From assembly GCA_050273025.1 (NCBI GenBank), contig CP158636.1, positions 9,238,001 through 9,302,000 on the forward strand: a stretch of DNA of 64,000 nt, read 5' to 3'. This DNA comes from Cenococcum geophilum. Its lineage: Eukaryota. Position numbers and translations under genes: made by a program. Below, piece by piece: positions 12,629 through 27,400 of this stretch; the stretch's first letter is position 1, and every line of letters starts with the position of its first letter. The notes below the pieces were generated by a model that saw only the letters and a list, made by a program, of their open reading frames with translations, was not told where the DNA came from and did not search any database.

Positions 12629-15600
12629 TGTAACGGCGCTATCGCACGTTACCTGCCAAATTCTGCTATATTCTGCCAACCTGCGATTGGCCCGCCTAAA
12701 GCTAGCGCCTTGGCGGCTCACCCTATATATTTGTTTACATTAGTCCTAGCGACCCCTTTTCCTTCTCTTTAGCTTAGTATCTTTATAATATAGTATTCGT
12801 TCAAGCTTCGGTTTAGAGGCATTTATTTAAGCCGTGACATTATACTAAGCTCTCCTTACCTTGCCTGGGAAGGCCTCAATAATATCCTACCCTAAAGAAA
12901 CTTTGTCTACAACGACGCATTAACGCGCTATACTTAGATACTAAAACAACTCTACATTACCTAAGAAGGCCTAGATAATATCCTACCTTATAAGCTAGAT
13001 AGGACTAGACCTATACCCCTAGAATTAAAACTAAAGCGTATAATACTAACGAACCTTAGGAAGCTAATAATAGCACCTAAAGTAAGCTTATTTAAGAGAG
13101 CTACCTCTACTTAAGAGGAACCTAAGATCCAATTAGGATTAGAAATTAAAGATAATAATAATATTATAGATATACGCGAGCAGATTTGCGCCCTCGCAGC
13201 TAGCTAAGAAGCCAATTATCTTAAAGTGAGAAATATATAAGAGACCCTATAAGAGATCCTAGAAAGCCTTATAGCCCTATAAAATAGCCTAGCTTCCCCT
13301 TCTTAAAGCCCTAGCCGACCTATTTACTCCACCAAATATAATATACTAGGGAGTACGGATATAATAATAAAGAAATTAAAGTCCGTTAAGCTCCTTAACC
13401 CCCTACTACTGTCTAATAGGATAGACCCTACCTTTAAAAATTAGAGGATTTAAGTATAAGGAAAGCTCCGTGTTAACTATAACTATTTCCTTTCTAAAAA
13501 GCTAAAATACTCTACCTCTTTAGTCGAACTACTGGGGACGCCTAATAGTACCTTTAAGCTAAGTTTAAGGACGACTTCCCTGTCCGATTTATATCTATTA
13601 ATAAGATAATACGGCACCTAGTGGCTATTTATATTAACCTAAACAAAGTATAGGATGCCTATTATAACTATAATCGCCTAATAATAAAACTAAACTAACC
13701 CTTTACTAAATTCTAGACTTAATTCCTATACCTTGCAGGAGAAGGCTAGGTTCCCCTTAAGAACTACTGATTAGACCTATATAATAAGCTAATAATCCGG
13801 CTATAAGAAAAGATCGCTATAACCTTAGATAACCTACTAACCCACAAAAAACTCGCAGCTTATTGCCTATTATTAGACTTAGAACTAAAGCGGATTAATA
13901 CCTGCCCTAATTAGCAGAAGCAACTCTATAATAATTAGAACTTACTAGCCACACCTATAGGAGCCAGAGTAGGAAGATAAGTTATAACTGCTCTTACGCT
14001 AAAGGCGGTTATAACTATATACTAATAAGCCTTGCCTAACTAGTTACGTACTATGCTATTAACTAGTATCCGCCGCAACACTCTAATTAACCTTACCTCG
14101 GCTACGTGCTTTAACTGTAATAAGTAGGGTTACTTTACCTCGTCCTGCCCGGAGCTAAAGGATATAGGCAATATTAAGGAGATAGAGGAAGGAGAAACGT
14201 CTAATAAGTTAGGAAAAAAAGAACCCTAGGGAAAGACTCCCCCCTAAGGTACCCTATTAATCTTAAAGAGATTAATCTTAGTTAGTTAATAGGTAGAAAG
14301 TATTTTACGGTTCTATATATAGTATCTTAAAATGGATATAGAGTTAATATAACCGCCCTTATTAATACTAGAGTAAATAGCTTTGCCTTTATAAATACTA
14401 CCTATATAAATAATGTTGCTAAGTTTCTAAATATAGAAGCCATCTAACTAGAGAAGCCTATCTAGGTAAAAGGCTACAATGGCTAAGCCGGTCGGCCCGT
14501 TACCCATATCTTAAAGTTATATATTGCTCTTAACAGACGACGCTAATATAGTATCCCCTTTTACATCCTAGACCTAGGGTCCTATAATATAATCCTTAGA
14601 CGAAAATAGATATCCTATTTTAATATTTGGCTAAATATACAATAAAGACGGTTTATCTAGCCGGAGGATAGACTAAGGTTACCCTCCTTTATTAGGGAGA
14701 TCTAAACTGACTATAAGACACTAGCTGCAAGGGCTAACCCTACCTACTAGTAGAATATCTGGGCCCGTAACCTAGCCTTTACCTAAGAAAACGCCCGCTA
14801 TAAAGCTAGAAAGAACTTTATACTAATAAAGATACTCTCCTAAAGCGCTATGTTTAAAGAGGACTCTATATATAAAAGTGGGATAGATAGTAATATAAAT
14901 AACGTCTAAATTATATAGATCTAACCGGTATAGAAAAGAACGTATTAATAGGATATAAGGGATAACCTCTAAAAGATATAATAGGAGCTAAACGGAGTAA
15001 TAATAACGCTAGTACCCTAGAAGTCTCTAAAGTTATATACGCCCCTATTATTAGGCAACCCCCCTACCGTAAATATCGCCGTAATTAGCGCTGTAGCGTT
15101 CTACTTTAATATATACTAGAAGGATAATAAGGTCTTTATAACGAGCCTATATAAAATTAACCGAATTATTAATAATAGAGAGGAAAGGCTAACTAAGGAA
15201 ACCGATAAGGAACTAGTTAAACGCCTTCTTTTTACCATTTATATAGACTATAAGGATACATTCTTAAAGGCGGCCTTAAATAAGTTACCCTTCTACCAGA
15301 TATACAATTATAAGATTTAATTAGAAGCCAATAATTCGCTAGGCTATAGCCCCCTCCACTATTAATTAATAGATAAGCTAAAGGTAATAAAGCAGCACTT
15401 AATTAATAACTTAAGAGACCTAAGATTAACGGAACTGGAGCTCTTGCTGCACCCGGCCTAAAAAGACCAAAACCAACCAAAAGAACCCTAAAAAACACCC
15501 AGAGAATCCCCCTGAGATGCATGCATCGCAGGGGAGGCACACGTCGAACGACGGTGGCTCGCACTCGCGCGCGACCGCTAGAACTACGCCTAGCAATGGC

Positions 15601-18600
15601 CCTCCACAATAAAGACGGGCGAATACCACACCACAAAGCGGAAATACCTCTATTAAGAAGGCATCTGACAAAATATAAAGCCTATTGGACGCGTCTAGTA
15701 TCTAGAATTGTAGGGGAGTAACTGTTAGCTATAACGAACTAATACAGCTAGTAGAATGGCTCCGCTAGTCTAGCGAACCTTAGGTGCCCCTCCAGTAAAC
15801 CCTTGATTAAATCCTCCAACGGCTAAGTAAAATCGAAAATAAGCATAACCCCCCCTTACCGGCGAACCGCACCTGGGCCGCCGTAGCTGCGCTTTTACAG
15901 TATAGGGAACCTACCCCTCTTAAGTTAACAACTGGGTATATAATTATAATACGACTAAATATAGAATAAGCAGAGGGGCTTAGGGGACAATTAGAAATAG
16001 AAGTCCTTATAGAGATACGCAAAGAGGTCTACGACGCTGTTGTAGTCTGACACCTTAAGAGCGGAGATATTAGAGTTACCCTAAAGGACTAATAGGTAAA
16101 GGAACGAGCCGTAAGGGCAGGGGATAGGCTAGGAGAACGTATTGGTATAAAAGTACTCTGTGAGGATTACCCAGTTAAAGTCCTAGCAGTTCCTATAAGC
16201 CTTAGGGTAGAAAAGGGACGCTAGGCGGATAATATAGTAATTATATAGGAGATAGTAAGATAAATGGAACGCCTTATACTAGGACTTGAAATTACCTAAA
16301 TCCAATGGCTTTGATAGGAAAATGTAAACTAAGTATATAATAAGAACAACGAGAGGATATGAGGGTCGCCGGAGACTTGCTAGGGAGACGCCGGATAAAC
16401 GTATGGCTCCCTTATCGTCAGTATATATACACCAGGAATGCAAAAACTCTTTATCTAAAAAGGAATAATTATAAATGGCCTTATATATAACACAAGGCTC
16501 TATAACCACAGACTACGCCTAGAATGATGCTATTGCTATATATAATGGGGATATATCTAATCTATATGCGCAGCACAGGTGTGCTACGGCCACTGTGTAG
16601 GCCCCCACGATATGAGATATTGCTTAAATTAAGACTAAATAAAATGCGCGAACTGCCACCGAAGCACACATAAGGCGTGGGAGAGAGAAGACTGTATTAA
16701 ATATAGGAGACGGAAGGCAAGGGCTTAATAGCTGCGGGAATAACTGCACGCTAGGTTATACAAATAGAAACAATAGGCGATAAGCTAGGGGGACGTAGGT
16801 GCTTTCTTAGCGTTTCCTACCTTTAATACTAGAGGGCTAGGCTAGCTATCCTAAGCCTTAACGGGCCAGAAGCGACGCCGCGCGATATTACTAGACCGAT
16901 TAGGGATATAAGGGTCATAGGGGACATAAGGGAGAGGACGCCCCGTAGGAAGACCCCTATGGACAGCAATAGTAGGCTTAAGACTAGGACAATTAAGAAT
17001 TAGACTTAATGCGGTAAATATAATATTTATAGCCGACCTATAAAGGGTATATAGCCGACTAGTAAGAATAGGGGAAGAACCGGTAATAATAACAGATTTA
17101 GATATAGAAGCGCTAATAGGAACACAAGATACGGGAATGGAAAGCTCTATATAAAATGAGTAGTAACTAGGGTATAGATATAAGAGATAGAAGCTCCGAA
17201 TATTCTAGAGAAAGTGGAAACAGAAGAAGTGAGGAATAAAGGAGAGTTGAAGGACCCTCGCCGGGGGTCCGCTACCTATCTATTATATAGTATAACTGCG
17301 GTAATATAAACTACCGCCTTGTAAGGCCCCTACTAGACAGTCTAGACCTAGAGAAATACTATATCCTTGCTATACAAGAGCCGTATTACAATACCTTTAC
17401 ATAATTAATATACTGCCCCTAAGGATTCTAGCTTCTATACGAACCAAAAGCAGCTATATGTGTGTGCTTTATGATTAGTAAGGCTATCAGCCTGTCCTTA
17501 TAGTTATGGTAGGTAGTTAACCTAGATATTACAGTTATAACAATCCAAACATATAGGGGACCGGTATAAATTATTAATGTGTATAACCCTAGGGTTAAAG
17601 GGGTCCTATAAATAGAGAATATTATATTGGTAATAAGCTTACTAGAAACCGAAGGTATAAAGTCTATCCTATTAGGAGATATGAACCTCTACTACCTGTG
17701 GTGGGGGGGTATCCATGTTGCTGCAGACTAACAGTTAGAGTGCCTACTAAGAGCTATAGATATCTGGGGCCTTAAGCTAGCCACCCCCCTAGGAGCAATT
17801 ATATGGTAATAAGGCACCGCCAGAAGTATAATTGACCTCATATTTATAGACGAAGGCCTATACTAGAGACTCGAAAGGTGCAACCCTAAAGAAGAATGGG
17901 CACTTACCCTAGACTATATCCCTATCTAGATATAGCTAGACCTAGATACTAAAGCGCAACTAAATAGAAAAAGATATGTAATAAGGAAGCTTAAGATAAA
18001 CAGTTTCCTTAATGTAGTTAAATAACAACTCTAAGACCTAGAAGAAATCCACCTAATACTAAACGAGCGAGGCCTATTAACTACCCCCAAGGAAATCGAC
18101 CGAAGACTAGAAAGGATCTAGGCAGCAATTAAAAATAGGCTGGAAGAGTACTGCCCGATCTTAAAACCGGGCCCCTACGCGCGACACGTATAGTCTATAT
18201 AATGCGCAGTTCTAGTTGCTAGCTAACGACGAGCAAGAAGGAAATATATAAGCAGCTACGACCCTAAAGATGAGAGACGATATAAAGACACAAGAAACTA
18301 GCTAAAGAATACCCTAAAAAAAGAAGTAAGGAATAACTGGAGACGGTTTATAAATGAGTATACTTTTAACCCGAGCCTCCCCTATAATAAGGGCCTTTGG
18401 GATATAGCGAAATGGGTAAAGAAAAAGGCAGGGCGCCTAGTAGAAGACCCACACCTACTACCCCTACGAAGAGTAGGAGAATTATAGGCTATAAACGACA
18501 ATGATAAGAAGGTAAAGATCCTTATAGAAAGGTTCTTCCCCTAACTGGCTCTAGTAGACCTTAGTGATATTACGGGCGAAACACCAGTGACTTGCCTGCG

Positions 18601-21600
18601 GGTTAACAGCGACATAATAATAGAGGAAATGGCTAGAACTATTAGCCGCCTTTTAAATAATATAGTATTAGGACCAGATGGGATTCCAAATAAGGCCCTA
18701 AAAACCTATGGGCCACTTATAGTACCTTAGCTTGTAGATGTAGCCAGAGTATGCTTTACTATAGGCTACTACCTGCGACTCGGAAGATCTATAACAACGG
18801 TTATCCTATGAAAAGAAGGCAAAGCAGATTACTTAATCCCAGGAAGCTACCGCCCTATTGCCTTAGAAAACACCCTTAGCAAGATCTTAGAAAGGGTAAT
18901 AGTAAAACGCATAGCAGACACGGTAGAGGAACACGCCCTACTACTATAAAGCTAAATAGGGGCAAGAAAGAACCGCTTAATACTATTAGTACTTACGCTA
19001 CTCGCTGCCACTATTAAATCTGCATGGGCGATGCGAAAGGACTTTGTAGTATTAATGCTTAGCCTAGATATTAGTAGTGCCTACGACAATGTACCCTACG
19101 AGCGTCTCCTGTATATCCTTAGGGTAAAGGGCTTCCTAGAATAGATTATATAATTTGTCTAAGGGTTTATAGGCTAGAAAGAAACATTATTGGTTTTTAG
19201 CGGATACCAGAGCCCCCCTATTGTAGTTACAATAGGAATACTATAAGGATTACCCCTCTCGCCTATACTCTTCCTTTTCTTTGTAAGCAACCTGCTTGAC
19301 TCCTTTAAGGAAGGGGCGACCTAGGGGATAGGCTTTGTTAATGATATAAACCTAATTATATACGGGCTAATAGCCGCAGAGAACTGTAGAACACTAGAGA
19401 AAGCCTATAACACTTATATAGAGTAGGCAAAACGTTATGGAGTCTAATTCTTACTAGAGAAATACTAGCTAATCTATTTTATAAGAAAACGTAACTAATC
19501 TGCAGATCTCTAGTATATAATTCGCATCTAAGGCTTTGGGGGTTAACTAGTTCAGGGCCTAAGGGTATTAGAAGTATAGGTAGATAGTAAGCTCCGGTGG
19601 AGCGTATATGCGGCGTAAGCGGCCCGTAAAGGCCAAGTATAGTTTATCGCTTTATCCAGGATTGTTAATTCTATATGGGGTCCATGCTTCTAGAGGTCAC
19701 GCCTACTATATATAGCAGTTGTCCGGCTAACCATGATATATAGATCTAGTATCTAGGCCATTGGAGAAACTAAGAAGGGCCCCCTAAAATCACTCCTTAA
19801 ACTACTTCAAAAGGTCTAAACAGCCTGCCTTTAGAGTATTATAGGCGGGTACAAGCGAACGGCTATAGCACTGCTTGAGAAGGAATCCAATATTCCCCCC
19901 CTATAGTTACATATTAAAGCCGCTGTAATATAAAGAACGTAAAATAAACGCAACTCTAATGTTATAAAGTATATTAAGACACGCCTAAGTAAACTATAGA
20001 GGGACCCTAGGGTGCCCCGTAGGAGAATAAACTAATAACCCCAAAGTAGGGAAGAGATATTAGAGAAACAGGTAAAGAAAGCAGAAGAAGAATGGTGCCG
20101 CTTTAGGGCCTAGGCCCATATAGAGGAGGAAGGGAGACGTGTAAGAGGTTAGTAAAGATAACAGCAAGATAGAGAAAGGAGCTAAAGTAGAACACGTAAG
20201 AACGCCGGGAAACCATCTACCGTAATGTAATACTGGTTGGACCAACGCTGGAGAGGCGAATGGGAGTCAAAGGTACAGAGGCTGACTCAGGTAAGACGAA
20301 CCCAAGCCATAGTATAGTTAACGCCATGGGGGGTAAATACCTAAGGGCTCCGAAAAGGCCTAATAAAGGTAGAAAACATAATAGCAATACTTTTAAGAAC
20401 AGGAATAATAGGACTAAAAGATTGGCTTTACTGGGTGGGTGTCCTAGTAGGTAGCCCGAGATGTGAATGTGGCTAGCCAAGACAGACACCAAAACACGTA
20501 ATACTGCTATGCCCCCTACGCACCAATTAAGAAATAATGCTCTTAGTAGTTGGCACAGAGAACTATAATACACTGCTCTTAACATAAAAAGGCCTTAAGG
20601 CGGTCACCCAGTGGCTTATTAGTTAAAATGTGCTAAATTAGTTCCGGGTTGCAAGGGAAATGGTAATAGAAGGCAAGGGGGCGAGTAGTAGGTGCCCCCT
20701 AGTAACTCTACAGTAGTAGAGTAAAAGTTTGTGATACTAGCGCGTCCGTAGGCTTGTTACGGCAGTAGTGGTTCCTAAGGAGGTTAAATAGTAAGGTAGT
20801 AGAGCACCATAGGCGACTCGTAGGCGCTAAGTAGGCGAGTCCCAAAAGGCGGGGAGATAGATCACGGGGTTTTCTTATTTTTCTTAAATAGAGTTTTCTC
20901 CCTACATGTAAATAAGGAGTAGTCCGCGTAGGCCTAGTAGGGATCCGAATCGGACGTTAAGCAATGAATTATTATTATTATTATTATTATTATTAATTAA
21001 TAACTTAGATAAAGGGTTTATTAAGCCAAGTTAAGCCCCTTTTACTTCCCCTATCCTATTTATAAAAAAGCCTAATAGAGGCCTTTATTTTTATATTAAC
21101 TATTAAAAGCTAAACGCTATTACTTAAAAGGACCAGTATTCTATTCCTTTAATTAATAAGACCCTTACACGTCTAAGCTAGGTAAAGATCTTTACTAAAC
21201 TTAATATCCGCTAAGCTTTCTACTAAATTAGGATAAACCCTATATCTAAAGATTTAACAACGTTCCGTACCTGTTATAGTTCCTATAAATATAAAGTTCT
21301 TCCTTTTAGACTAATAAATAGACTGGCTACGTACTAAAGGTATATAAATAACGTTCTTTTTAATTACCTTAATAAATTCTACACGGTATACCTAGACGAC
21401 ATCCTTATATACTTAGACGATAAACTTAAGTATTAAGTTTATATTAAGAAGGTCCTAAAGAGACTACAAAACGCGGGCTTATAAGTTAATATCAAGAAAT
21501 GCGAGTTTAGGGTAAAACGTATAAAATACCTTAGGTTTATTATAACTATAGAAGGAATTAAGGTTAACCCTAAGAAGGTAAAGGTAATCTATAACTAGAA

Positions 21601-24416
21601 GCCCCCTTATATAGTAAAAGGAATCTAATCCTTCCTTAGCTTTTATAACTTCTACTAATAGTTTATCTATAACTATAGAATTATAGCAAAACCTTTTATA
21701 TAACTAACTAGGAAGGACACGCCTTTTATTTTTAATAATAGCTATATAAAAGACTTTAAAGAGATAAAGGATTGGCTTATCTCTTCCCTAATCCTTTATT
21801 ACTATAACTTAGACCTTAAATTAATGCTAGAAACGGACGCCTTTAATAGGGTCGTAGCGGGAATCCTATTATAGTTATATCTAGACGGTAAATAATACCC
21901 TATAGCTTTCTTCTTAAAGACAATAAACCCGGCTAAGTATAACTATAAAGTATATAATAAAGAAATACTAGCTATTATTTAATTACTCTTCTAATAGCGT
22001 GTAGAGCTTAAAGGTATAAACTCCTGGATTAAGATATATATAAATTACAAAGCCCTAGAGTACTTTATAACTATAAAGCAGCTTATTAAATAATAAGCCT
22101 AGTAGGCTAAAATACTCTTTTAATTCTTCTTTATGATTATATATCGTTCTAGTAAGTAAAACTTTAAGGCTAATGCCCTAACCTAAAGAGAATAAGACGT
22201 AAGACCCTAGGATAAGCTAAAGACCTAATATTAAACGCGCGCCCTCCTCTATCTAGAATAGCTTGACCCACGGATCCTTAAGGAGCTAGACTTCTAGTAA
22301 AACGAGCTAGCACTAATAGGGGAGTCCTTAGATAAGCTAATAGGGCTAATTAACCGCCTCCTAACTGTAAACCGCACGGCTAATGCTTTAAGGGCCCTCT
22401 GCGAATAAGCTGTAAAAGGAAACCCTAATTTTAAAACGGAGGAAGGATTACTCCTATACTAGGAGCGGCTTATAGTCCCTAATATTAATAATCTACGGAC
22501 TAAACTAATCCGCGAAGCTTATTGCTAAGTCTTTATAGCATACCCTAGCAAGAATAAGACCCGTAAAATTATTAACTACCGCTACTACTGGCCGAGAATG
22601 GTTGTGGATATTAATTAATATATATAGAACTGCGAAGACTGCTAAAGAGCTATAATCCCACGGGATAAGACCCTATGACTACTTAAGCCACTCCTAATAC
22701 TAAAGCGCCCTTAGTAGTATATCTCTATAGACTTTTATAAACTACTTAGGGACCATAACGGATATAATATAGTTATAGTTATAGTCGACCGCTTTAGTAA
22801 ACGCCTATTCTTAATTCCCTGCTATAAAAACATTGATGCTAAAGAGGCAGCCTAGCTATATATCTATTACGTCTACTAAATCTACGGACTACTAAATACT
22901 ATTGTGTCTAATTATAGGCTATAGTTTATATCGGCCTTTTAGAATAAGTTTACCTAGATCCTAGGTATTAAGCTAAAGCTTTTTACGGCTTATTACCCCT
23001 AAACAGACGGTTAGACAGAGATTATAAATTAGTACCTAAACCAGAGGCTTAGGCCCTTCGTTAACTATTTCTAGGACAACTGGTTTAAACTACTACCCTT
23101 AATAGACTACGCGCAAGCAACCCTACCCTATAACTCTATAGGGTTTACCCTAATTTAGCTAGAAATGAGATACCTACCCTGCATAAGCTTTAACTGGAAA
23201 AGGCTAAAAGAACCCCAGACTATATAAGAGAAGCTATTCTATACTAAGGCCTAATAGTACGCTAAACGATTAAAGGAAGCCTAGATGGTAGCCTATAAGA
23301 ACCTAGAAAAAGCTTAGAGGTTAATGGAATAGTAGGCGAACAAACACCGTCAAGAGCCTGATTTTACCCCTGGCGATATAGTATAGGTTATAATAAGGAA
23401 TTAGAAGACTAAACGACCTAGCCGTAAGCTGGACTACTAGATGGTAGGACCGTATAAGGTTCTTAAGAAGATAGGCAACTTATATAAGATAAAGCTCCTA
23501 GATTTAATTAGGGTTTACCCTATCTTCTTACTAAATAAGTTACGGAAAGCTATAAATAACTTATTACCTGGACAAAAGAACAAGCCTCCCCTACTAGTTT
23601 AAGTAAATGGTGATAATAAATAGGAGGTTAATAAAATACTGGCCTATAAGATAGTATGGGGAGCGCTAAAATACCGTGTCTAATAGAAGGGCTATAATCC
23701 TAACCTAACCTAGTACCCTACGTAGAACTTTATAGGCTACCCCTAGAAGCTTAAAGAATTCTATAACTAATACCCTAATACGCCGGGACCCCTAAAGTAC
23801 CTAGACGAATAGATAAAATGCTAGTATAATAAAGATAATAAGTTACCGGAAGAATATAGGGATAAAAACGCCCTAAAACCCTAATACAGCTATTTGCTAA
23901 ATTCTACTATATTCTGCTATATTCTGCTAAATTCTGCTAGTACCGTAAAATTTCAGATATCTAGGAACTTTAACCGCCGGTTAAAGTTATCTAATTAGTT
24001 AGATCCGTGCTAAGACTTTTAGCGGCTACTCTTTCTAGCCTAGTGCTTCCACTTAGCCTATAATCGCCCTTTGTACTTAGTCTAGACGTACTTATATCCC
24101 CTTTATCTCCTTATCTTATATTTTATAATCCTACGTTTATAAGCCTAGTGCTACCCTATTTCTAACTAAGCCTAAGGGCAGGCTTTCTTTTAAAGAGGGG
24201 GGTAATATAACGGCGCTATCGCACGTTACCTGCCAAATTCTGCTATATTCTGCCGACCTATGATTAGCCCGCCTAAAGCTAGCGCCTTAGCGGCTTACCC
24301 TATATATTTGTTTACATCGGTCCTAGCGACCCCTTTTCCTTCTCTTTAGCTTAGTATCTTCGTAATACAGCATTCGTTCAAGCTTCGGTTTAAAGGCATT
24401 TATTTAAGCCGTGACA
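12629..24416 (+). mobile_element. Ty3/gypsy chromovirus element C (about 6.2 kb own sequence), interrupted by a LINE
   Basis: 211-bp LTRs 12629-12839 and 24206-24416; perfect TSD CTAAG; PPT AAAGAGGGGGG; RT YLDD at ~21389; chromodomain remnant ~23620-23770; empty site visible in element F at ~54510. Confidence 0.95.
15414..20994 (+). mobile_element. Apparently full-length Tad1-like LINE (ORF1 with three Zn knuckles; ORF2 with APE endonuclease and RT), RIP-inactivated
   Basis: TSD (TT)AATTAATAACTTA at 15399-15413 and 20993-21007; (ATT)n tail 20968-20994; CCHC knuckles ~16525-16695; LAIQEP (~17365), LLGDMNL (~17670), GPDGIPN (~18670), SYRPIAL (~18845). Confidence 0.93.
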
Positions 24417-27400
24417 CTAAGACCACCTAATTATAGAAAAGGCTATAAGTCACATTAAAGGAGCCTTAATTATAATATTAAAGGATTTAGAGGAGTAATT
24501 AGAGGACTAGAGAAGTAAAAGGCAAATCTTAGTACCTATAAATAAAGTCGCAACGCTTAGATTAATACGAGAGAGGTTTAAATTTAAAGATAAAGATAAG
24601 CTAAGAGTTAATCTAAAACACTAAGTATACTATATATTAGCATGGATTATATATATAGATAATACGTATAATATATATAGAGCACCTAAGGATAAAAACT
24701 GGAAGTATCCAGTAAGAATATATTAGGCACTAGATAAAGCAAAATATTAAAACGCTAAGTATATATATAGTTAGCACCTAGTAGAAGTATAAAGCTAAGG
24801 GGACTTAGTACTTTAGTTAGGAAGATTCCTTACGGAAGAATACCTAAATAGATAATAGTAGTGGGAATGCCTAGAGAATATATGTCTATAGTATATTAAA
24901 GACAAAAAGCAAATCAAGTATTGGCTAAAAGTGGACTAAATATAAATAGGATTAAGTAGCTAATAGTTAGGAAAAGTAGAGGCCTATAGGACTAAAGGGA
25001 ACCAGTAGTAGAACCTTAGACCCTTAAAGGAATTTAAGGACGACACCTAAATCTATAAGTTAAGTAGTAAGATTAATAGTTCGAAGCATTAATAGATAGT
25101 AGAGTAACGAGAAACCATATATTACTAGTAGCAGTTAAAAAAAAAATAGGGTTACCACACAGAAAGAAGGAGCACTTTTACCTATTAGTAACAATTTTAG
25201 GAGATCTGATAGCCTATAGAGGAGGCATTATTAATCTTAAAATAGGACCTATTTAATTAACCATTAAAGGAAAATAAATTGAGATGTCTTTTAATATATT
25301 ACCATTAGGGAATAATAAGGCAGTATTAGGAATGCCTTAATTATAGGAATATAATCTAAGGATTAATTGGATTACAGGTTAGGTTAATATTAAAGATACT
25401 TAATAACGCAAAGATATAATAATAAGCTAAGTTAGTATAGTACTAAGTAGGAGTAACCTATAAAGAAATAGAAAAAGGACTAAGTTATATACTAAAACGA
25501 TACTATAAGTATAGTAAAAAACTATAGTCACCAGAAAGTAAAAAGTTGTTAGAGTATATAGTATAGAACTATAAGATAGAATTAGAACTAGAAATAAGTT
25601 TAAGGTTCTTTCTAATTTATAAGCTTACTAAAGAAGAAGGTAGAGTATTAAAAGAGTTTGTCTAAGAAAACCTACAAAAGGGATATATTAGACTATTATA
25701 ATCATCAGCAGGTTATCTAGGACTATTTATACTAAAGAAAAATAGTAAACTAAGGCTGTGTATTAACTATAGGTAGTTAAACAGCATTACCAGAAAGGAT
25801 AGGTATCCTTTACCCTTAATTAGCAAAATCTAAGACAGAATAGGTAACGCGCAAATCTTTATAAAGATAGATCTAAAATAGGTATATTATTAGATTAGGA
25901 TTAAAGAAGGCAACAAATAAAAGACAGCCTTTAGATTAGAGGAGGAACTATATAGGCCGTTAGTTATATAATTTAGGCTTATAAACGCACTAGTAATATT
26001 TTAGAAGTGTATTAATAATATATTAGAAGAACACTTAGATAAATTTATTATAGTATATCTTAACGATATTATTATCTACTTAATAACTAAGGAAGAATAC
26101 GGAGAATACGTTAAATAGGTTTTAAAGAGACTACAGAAGGAACAGATACTAGTAGTAATTAAAAAATACAAGTTCTTTACTAAAAAGACCGATTTTATTA
26201 GATTTATTATTAAACTAGGCTAACTTAGTATAGATTTAAAAAAAATTAAGGCTATAGTAAATTAGCAAGAACTAGAGAACGTTATATAGTTAAGATCGCT
26301 TCTAGGGTTTTGCAATTACTGTAGAAGGTTTATAGCGCAATAGTTAAAGAATATTAAACCATTTACGCAATTAATAAAAAAAGAAAAACTATAGGCATAG
26401 GGAGAGAAACAGTGAGAATTATTTAAGAAAGTTAAAAAATTATTTACCTAGGAGCCAGTTCTTAAAATCTATTAACTAAGATTAGAGACGGTTATAGAAA
26501 TAAATATATTAGACTTTATATTAAGGGCATACTTTATATAAAAACATTAAGATAGATAGCACCTAGTAGTATACTATAGTCGGAAAATAACACTACTAGA
26601 GTTAAACTATAACATCTCTAATAAGGAGTTGTTAGGTATAATTATAGCACTAAAGAAATAGAGAGTATTCTTATAAGGTATAGAAAAACTATTTATAGTT
26701 AAAATAGATTATAAGAACCTAATGGGATTCCTAATAATAAAGGAACTTAACTAAAAATAGGTTAGATAGGCAGAGATGCTTACAGTATACTAAGGGTATA
26801 GATAACACATAAGCAGATACTTTAAGTTAAAAAGCTAAACTATAAAATAAAGAAAAGCTATTAGGGGCTTTACTACGAAAAGATATAGACGGATTAATTA
26901 GGTACAATTACCTAAAAATTATAGTAACTTAAGAGGATAACAAACTAGAAAGAGTTTATAAGTTATTAGAGAGCTTTTAGGCATAGAAGATCTTTAAAGC
27001 ACAGCTAGAAGAACAGCTAGAATATCTAGGAGAAGAAATATTATATAAACACAGAGAGGTAAAGTATATCCTAAGAAGTATAGCAGAATACTTTATAAAA
27101 GATTTCTATAAGGGAATAACTTAAGGACACAACGGAGCTATAGGCTTAGTATTAAGACTCTAAAAAGAGTACATTATTAACGGAATCTAGGGCTTAGCGC
27201 GAAAAGTTATAAAGAAATGCCTAGATTGCTAAACAAACAAACTAATAAGGCATAAGCTATATAGAGGGCTATAACCTATTAAAATACTAGAAAGACTATA
27301 GGAGGTTATATTATAGGACTTTATTATTAAGTTATTAAGGTTAAGAAACCCTATTACTAAATAAGATTATAACGTAATCCTAGTAATAGTAGATAAGCTT

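Noticed and set aside
15403..20585. Several short ORFs in the ORF track
   Set aside because: Fragments or antisense shadows of the RIPped LINE, not independent genes.
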